Assembly (NCBI GenBank): GCA_946415545.1
Contig: CAMKSY010000001.1
Span: 1-52,092, forward strand
Direction of reading: 5' to 3'
Length of the DNA stretch: 52,092 nucleotides
DNA from: an uncultured Pelosinus sp.
Lineage (GTDB): Bacteria > Bacillota > Negativicutes > DSM-13327
Of this stretch, positions 47,823 through 52,092 are shown in pieces. Every line of letters starts with the position of its first letter. The stretch's first letter is position 1. The notes below the pieces were generated by a model. The model was not told the origin of the DNA. It was given only the letters and a program-made list of their open reading frames with translations, and ran no database searches. Made by a program: the position numbers and the translations under genes.

Positions 47823-49049
47823 TCATGCAAGCTTTTCACTATATTCATTTTTTTTCAAACTTTCCTGTTTATTTCTAAAGAGATGATATCCATATATTAC
47901 TGCAAAAGCCACTAAAAATATAATAGAGATTCGATACATAACAGCATAATTCGTATGGGTGGCAATCAGTCCTAATAGTACGGCGCCAACTGAATATCCT
48001 AAATCCAAAGAAGATAAAAATGTACCGTTGGCAGCCCCTTTACGTTCGGCAGGTGATCGCACAATTGCCCAGGCCTGCAAAGAAGGATGGGCCGCCCCAT
48101 ATCCTAACCCATAAAATAACGAGGACACAATTAAAGTGTAAGTCGTAGTTGAATAAGATAGCATCAAGAGACCCACAATCATAAGCGCTATTCCTGGAAC
48201 TATTACGAAAGCATGTCCCTTTCGATCAAAGAGTTTCCCCGCAAATGGACGGCTGATTAGAATCATTAAAACATGCCCAACAAAATAGATTCCGACATTC
48301 TCAATGCCGTTTTGCTGACCAAAGAGCATGATAAAACTCATAATTCCACCAAAGGTGATTGAATGCAAGAAACATAGACACGCAGGCAGCAGTGCACGTT
48401 TCTCAAATAAATCACTCCACAGGTTTCGATTCTTAACAGGTTTAGGCTTAAGATGTTTTTTTGCAGAATCCATTGATATATTTAGCGTTAATACCATTCC
48501 ACCACCAACTAAAATGGTAGAGATCAATAGAATGATATCAAAATTATAACGCTTCATCACTTCTATACCAAGTACCGTTGCAAAAGATGTCCCTAGAATA
48601 ATCGACAAAGCAAAATATCCAGTACCTTCTCCTCGCTGCTTAGGGGATACAATATCCGACATAATCGTTGCCAGCACTGTTGATGTCATCCCCCAACCGA
48701 TACCTTGACAAAATCGCAACATCAGTATGATACCAATTCCTGAAGCTACAAAATAAGAGCAGTTAAAAGCAATAAGGATGCACATTCCAATTATCAGCAG
48801 TGGTCTTCGTCCAAATGTATCTGCTGCAGTACCGCTAATGGAACGAACAATGAGAGCAGAAATTGAGATCACAGCAAAAGGTAGACTAGCTTCCAAATCA
48901 TTTCCGCCGATTTGTTTAATATATAACGGAAAGGTTGGGATTAGCATTAAAATCCCTTGATAAATAAAGAGGTTTCCAAATAAGAGCAGCAGAAAACTTC
49001 TCGACCATAGTGTTGCAGTACTATGACTTTCAACTTTTTTTATTTCCAT
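47823..49049 (-). CDS. MFS transporter
   Basis: ADTFGRR and LFDRKG motif A copies; about 12 TMs. Confidence 0.92.
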   Translation of the reverse strand: MEIKKVESHSTATLWSRSFLLLLFGNLFIYQGILMLIPTFPLYIKQIGGNDLEASLPFAVISISALIVRSISGTAADTFGRRPLLIIGMCILIAFNCSYFVASGIGIILMLRFCQGIGWGMTSTVLATIMSDIVSPKQRGEGTGYFALSIILGTSFATVLGIEVMKRYNFDIILLISTILVGGGMVLTLNISMDSAKKHLKPKPVKNRNLWSDLFEKRALLPACLCFLHSITFGGIMSFIMLFGQQNGIENVGIYFVGHVLMILISRPFAGKLFDRKGHAFVIVPGIALMIVGLLMLSYSTTTYTLIVSSLFYGLGYGAAHPSLQAWAIVRSPAERKGAANGTFLSSLDLGYSVGAVLLGLIATHTNYAVMYRISIIFLVAFAVIYGYHLFRNKQESLKKNEYSEKLA

Positions 49050-49107
49050 AGTACACCTCCATAACCACTGTGTTTTCCTTGTTGAAAATTAAATTCACAG
49101 TATTATT

Positions 49108-49536
49108 TTATTCTTTATATTGTTGTGCGTTTTGAAAAATAATTTTTAGCAGCATTGTTAACTCTTTCTGCTCTTCCTCAGATAAATTATTTAAAATAGC
49201 ATTTCTATGATGCCCTACAATCTCTTTCCAAAGAAAACATTGATCCAATGCTTGTTGACTTAACGTGACTTTTTTTTCCCTTTTATCAACACCAGATATC
49301 CTCATGATTAGCCCTTTTCGCTCTAATTTGACTAAACTTTTAGATACTGCAGGCGGTTCAATATTCAAATAGCTCGCTAAAGCTGCCTGTGTCATTGATC
49401 CTTTTTCATTTAGCGTTGTAATAATCGACCATTCAGAGCCATATATACCGTATGGCTCTAACCTTCTATTAAGACCTTTAGTAATAATACGAACCGTTTG
49501 AAAGAGTTGGTGTAATAATAATTCAGAGTGTTCCAT
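49108..49536 (-). CDS. MarR-family regulator
   Basis: TQAALASYLNIEPPAVSKSLVKLERKGLI...DKREK. Confidence 0.92.
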   Translation of the reverse strand: MEHSELLLHQLFQTVRIITKGLNRRLEPYGIYGSEWSIITTLNEKGSMTQAALASYLNIEPPAVSKSLVKLERKGLIMRISGVDKREKKVTLSQQALDQCFLWKEIVGHHRNAILNNLSEEEQKELTMLLKIIFQNAQQYKE

Positions 49537-49557
49537 TTTTCTCACCTTTTTGCGCAA

Positions 49558-49577
49558 ATACTTAACTAGTTAACTAT
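49558..49577. promoter_or_regulatory. MarR operator
   Basis: Palindrome ATA.TTAACTAGTTAA.TAT immediately downstream of a TATAAT -10 on the minus strand. Confidence 0.65.
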
Positions 49578-49701
49578 TTAAAATTATATATTTCACTGAT
49601 TCACTTGTCAATGCAACACCGGCAATAACTCTCCTCGGCAACTTTTGGTGAGATATGCCACTGGGTTTAAACAATACCTAGGTGTTATGCAGAACAGTAC
49701 G

Positions 49702-50649
49702 CTAAAGTGTTTTAGTAACTTTTTTGTTCGTCGATCCCGTGCAATTCACCATGATAATACTAATCAAAATCACAGCTCCGCCTACAATCTGGGCGGAGAC
49801 TATCGTTTCAGCTAGGAAAAGATGACCGCTAAGTACACCAATTATTGACATCAGGTTTAAGTAAAGCGTTGTTATGATCACATCAAGTTTACTTAATGCA
49901 TAGATATATAAAAAATAACCGAGAGCAGAGCAGCAAACCCCAAGGTATAAAATATTACCAAGAGCATTCCATGAAAATAAATGCCATTGATGATATTCAA
50001 GTAAGGAGAGGGGGATTAAAAACAGAGTCCCAAATAAAGTTTGGTAGGTCGTTAAAAATAAACCGGAGTATTTACCATTTAATGATTTATTAAGAAGCGT
50101 ATATAAGGACCAAGAAAACATCGCTCCTACAATACAGAGGTTTCCAATAAACGTCTGAGAAGAAAAGTCTAGCTGCCCGTTAGCTGTAATTGCCAAATAC
50201 GCTCCAAACATCGCGCCGATAATTCCTATGGATTGGCTCAGGGGTATTCTAGTTTTAAAGACAAGCACATCCAATGCAATGGAAAGTATTGGAAGGATTG
50301 CTGTGATCAGAGCCGCACTTGATGCTGTAGTGAGACTAATTCCTGTATTTTCAAGATAGAAATACAGCGTGATGCCGAAGAACCCTGCAATCGTCATCTT
50401 CCCCCAATCACAGCGTTGCAGCCTAACAGCAGGTTCCTTCTTTTTTGTGATTAAGAATAAAATTGTGCTGGCAATCATGAAACGTAATAAGGCCAATGTA
50501 ATCGGTGGAACTTCACTGACTGCTGTTTTGATACTGATAAATGACATCCCCCATAGAGAGACTGTGACAAGCATCGCCAGATTGGCAAGAACCTTACCAT
50601 TCAAAAGAAAATCCATATTGTTTTTAATTTTTTCTAAGTATATCTGCAT
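49702..50649 (-). CDS. EamA/DMT-family transporter
   Basis: LWGMSFISIK...PITLALLRF; two EamA repeats; GGAGGA RBS. Confidence 0.92.
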   Translation of the reverse strand: MQIYLEKIKNNMDFLLNGKVLANLAMLVTVSLWGMSFISIKTAVSEVPPITLALLRFMIASTILFLITKKKEPAVRLQRCDWGKMTIAGFFGITLYFYLENTGISLTTASSAALITAILPILSIALDVLVFKTRIPLSQSIGIIGAMFGAYLAITANGQLDFSSQTFIGNLCIVGAMFSWSLYTLLNKSLNGKYSGLFLTTYQTLFGTLFLIPLSLLEYHQWHLFSWNALGNILYLGVCCSALGYFLYIYALSKLDVIITTLYLNLMSIIGVLSGHLFLAETIVSAQIVGGAVILISIIMVNCTGSTNKKVTKTL

Positions 50650-50911
50650 TGATTTGTTATTCCTCCAAAGCGTGAAATTAATTTACTAAAAAAAGCTATA
50701 TAGAAAAATGATCCTAATCACTCTTACTTCACTAATGACTTATGTACTAGCATATTAAAACGACTTGGCCTTGTCAATTAAAGAATTTGCTATCATCAAC
50801 TATTTTTATACTGCATTTTTGATACGATAAAAAGATTACAACAAGATTAAAACATAACCCCATCGCATCATTAAATAAAAAAACCACCTACCCCGAAGAT
50901 AGACGGTTTTT

Positions 50912-51019
50912 TTACTTATTGGATATTTGCACTTTGACCTTTTTACCGCAATTGGGGCATTTTCCCTTGCCTTGAGGGCCAAGAATAATGCTACAGCCGC
51001 ATTGAGTATGAACCAACAA
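50912..51019 (-). CDS. Small zinc-ribbon peptide (35 aa)
   Basis: MLVHTQCGCSIILGPQGKGKCPNCGKKVKVQISNK (HxxC...CPxCG); AAGGAGGT RBS 7 nt before TTG; terminator at 50878-50912. Not in the track. Confidence 0.75.
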   Translation of the reverse strand: MLVHTQCGCSIILGPQGKGKCPNCGKKVKVQISNK

Positions 51020-51124
51020 GTTAATAACCTCCTTAATTTACCGATAGTAATAGCATCCGCTATTGATTCTATTATACTACGGAATCACCAATAATGTTGT
51101 TAGCATCTTGTTAAGTTTATAGGC

Positions 51125-51198
51125 AACAAAACAGAGCGATATAGACATGGATGCTAGCGGCATTGGATTTCTTAGCCGCTTCTATACCGATCTGCCGT
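51125..51198 (-). ncRNA. Candidate structured RNA (sRNA or leader) under the PhoB-type promoter
   Basis: GGCAGA/TCTGTT, CGGTATAGA/TCTATATCG and AGCGGC/GCCGCT helices with GU pairs on the minus strand; begins at the predicted +1. Confidence 0.45.
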
Positions 51199-51203
51199 AT
51201 TAC

Positions 51204-51237
51204 ATTTTAAGCTAAATATGTGACAAAATTATGACGA
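51204..51237 (-). promoter_or_regulatory. Second PhoB/OmpR-type box plus -10
   Basis: TCGTCATAATTTTGTCAC-N10-TAAAAT. Confidence 0.65.
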
Positions 51238-51344
51238 AATTGAAGCAAAATTTCCGATCGTTGAAGCATTTCCTTTAACCATTTTACATCTATATCTTTT
51301 GGAAAATCATTATACAAAACAAATTTACTTTTATCAGTTATTTT

Positions 51345-51371
51345 AAAGGAAATATTGAAACTCCGACGAAT
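51345..51371 (+). promoter_or_regulatory. SigH-type promoter upstream of the carbamoyltransferase
   Basis: AAAGGAAAT-N11-GACGAAT. Confidence 0.5.
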
Positions 51372-51540
51372 TTTTACAATAAAACCCTTTAATTACATTT
51401 TATACTACATATTCACTTTATATAATTTTATCCAGTCTGTAAGCTTGTATGCTCATCACTCTGAGAAATCTATCTTAAAATCAGGCAGAATTTTTTGGTA
51501 ATTGCCGACAAACTGCTACAATTTACTGGAGGAATGATTT

Positions 51541-52092
51541 ATGGGGACTTCAAATGAGCCAATGTATCATTTAGGAATCAACTTGGGACATGACCGTTCA
51601 GCAGCAATCGTAAGTAAAGGTAAAATTGAAATCGCAATACAGCAGGAGCGATTAGACAGAACGAAAAACAGTATAGGTTTTTTACATCAATCATTAGGAG
51701 ATTGTAGAAACATTCAACTTCCCCATGAAGCAATTCAATATTGTCTACGAAAATACAATATTAAAATAGATGATCTTTCTAGTATTACAGCAAATATGCC
51801 GGGAATAGATTATTCAAATGACATCTTACAAAGAATCTTTCCAAGAGAATTATCTGATAAAATCTGTATGATTCCAAGTCATCATTTATCTCATGCTTAT
51901 ACAGCCTACTGGCCATCCGGTTTTGAAGAATCAATTATTCTTGTTGTTGATGCTTCAGGCAGCACTGACAAAAAGGGTTTTACAGAATCATATAGCTTGT
52001 ATATTGCAAAGGGTACCGAGATAAATTTGTTGCACAGTGAAAAGGTAAAAGCATATTTGGCATCACTTTCCACTCTTGGTTCTATCTATGAA
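51541..52092 (+). CDS. NodU/CmcH/TobZ-family carbamoyltransferase, N-terminal Kae1-like domain; runs off the window edge
   Basis: Open frame MGTSNEPMYHLGINLGHDRSAAIV...QERLDR.K...PSHHLSHAYTAYWPSGF...LVVDASG; GGAGGA RBS. Absent from the track because there is no stop in the window. Confidence 0.88.
   Translation, partial: MGTSNEPMYHLGINLGHDRSAAIVSKGKIEIAIQQERLDRTKNSIGFLHQSLGDCRNIQLPHEAIQYCLRKYNIKIDDLSSITANMPGIDYSNDILQRIFPRELSDKICMIPSHHLSHAYTAYWPSGFEESIILVVDASGSTDKKGFTESYSLYIAKGTEINLLHSEKVKAYLASLSTLGSIYE

Noticed and set aside
112-50689. The many 60-140 aa antisense or overlapping ORFs in the track
   Set aside because: Shadow frames of well-supported genes, with no RBS or motifs.
1-52092. CRISPR array, tRNA/rRNA, prophage or transposase
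   Set aside because: No regularly spaced direct repeats, cloverleaf or rRNA signatures, or phage/transposase proteins seen. The palindromes are dispersed and unrelated in sequence.

Overview
About 52 kb of AT-rich chromosome from a sporulating, diderm Firmicute. Negativicutes/Sporomusaceae (Pelosinus-like) is inferred from sporulation genes co-occurring with an outer-membrane beta-barrel and aas-lplT. The left two-thirds is mostly core: sporulation and cell wall (pdaB-like, D,D-carboxypeptidase, SASP, class B PBP, SEDS, cotJABC, alr, namZ), chemotaxis (cheR, two unusual MCPs), hypAB, a sigma54-driven alanine dehydrogenase/permease unit and trmB. The right third is more accessory: citXG, NERD, TetR-aas-lplT, MocR, MarR-MFS, EamA and the start of a NodU/CmcH carbamoyltransferase. 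I found no rRNA, tRNA, CRISPR array, transposase or prophage. The most interesting signals are intergenic: (i) two promoters with exact PhoB-box geometry that drive an unannotated 42-aa membrane peptide and a structured RNA upstream of a 35-aa zinc-ribbon peptide; (ii) two stand-alone structured sRNA candidates sharing an identical 12-mer; (iii) a TTTAT-flanked palindromic MITE/PATE-like insertion; (iv) several small ORFs missed by the track, including a Spo0E-type phosphatase coupled to hypB; (v) a Crp/Fnr-box-controlled mini nitrite/sulfite reductase divergent from an H-NOX chemoreceptor; (vi) a Rossmann-fold soluble chemoreceptor. All calls are by eye, with no database searches.
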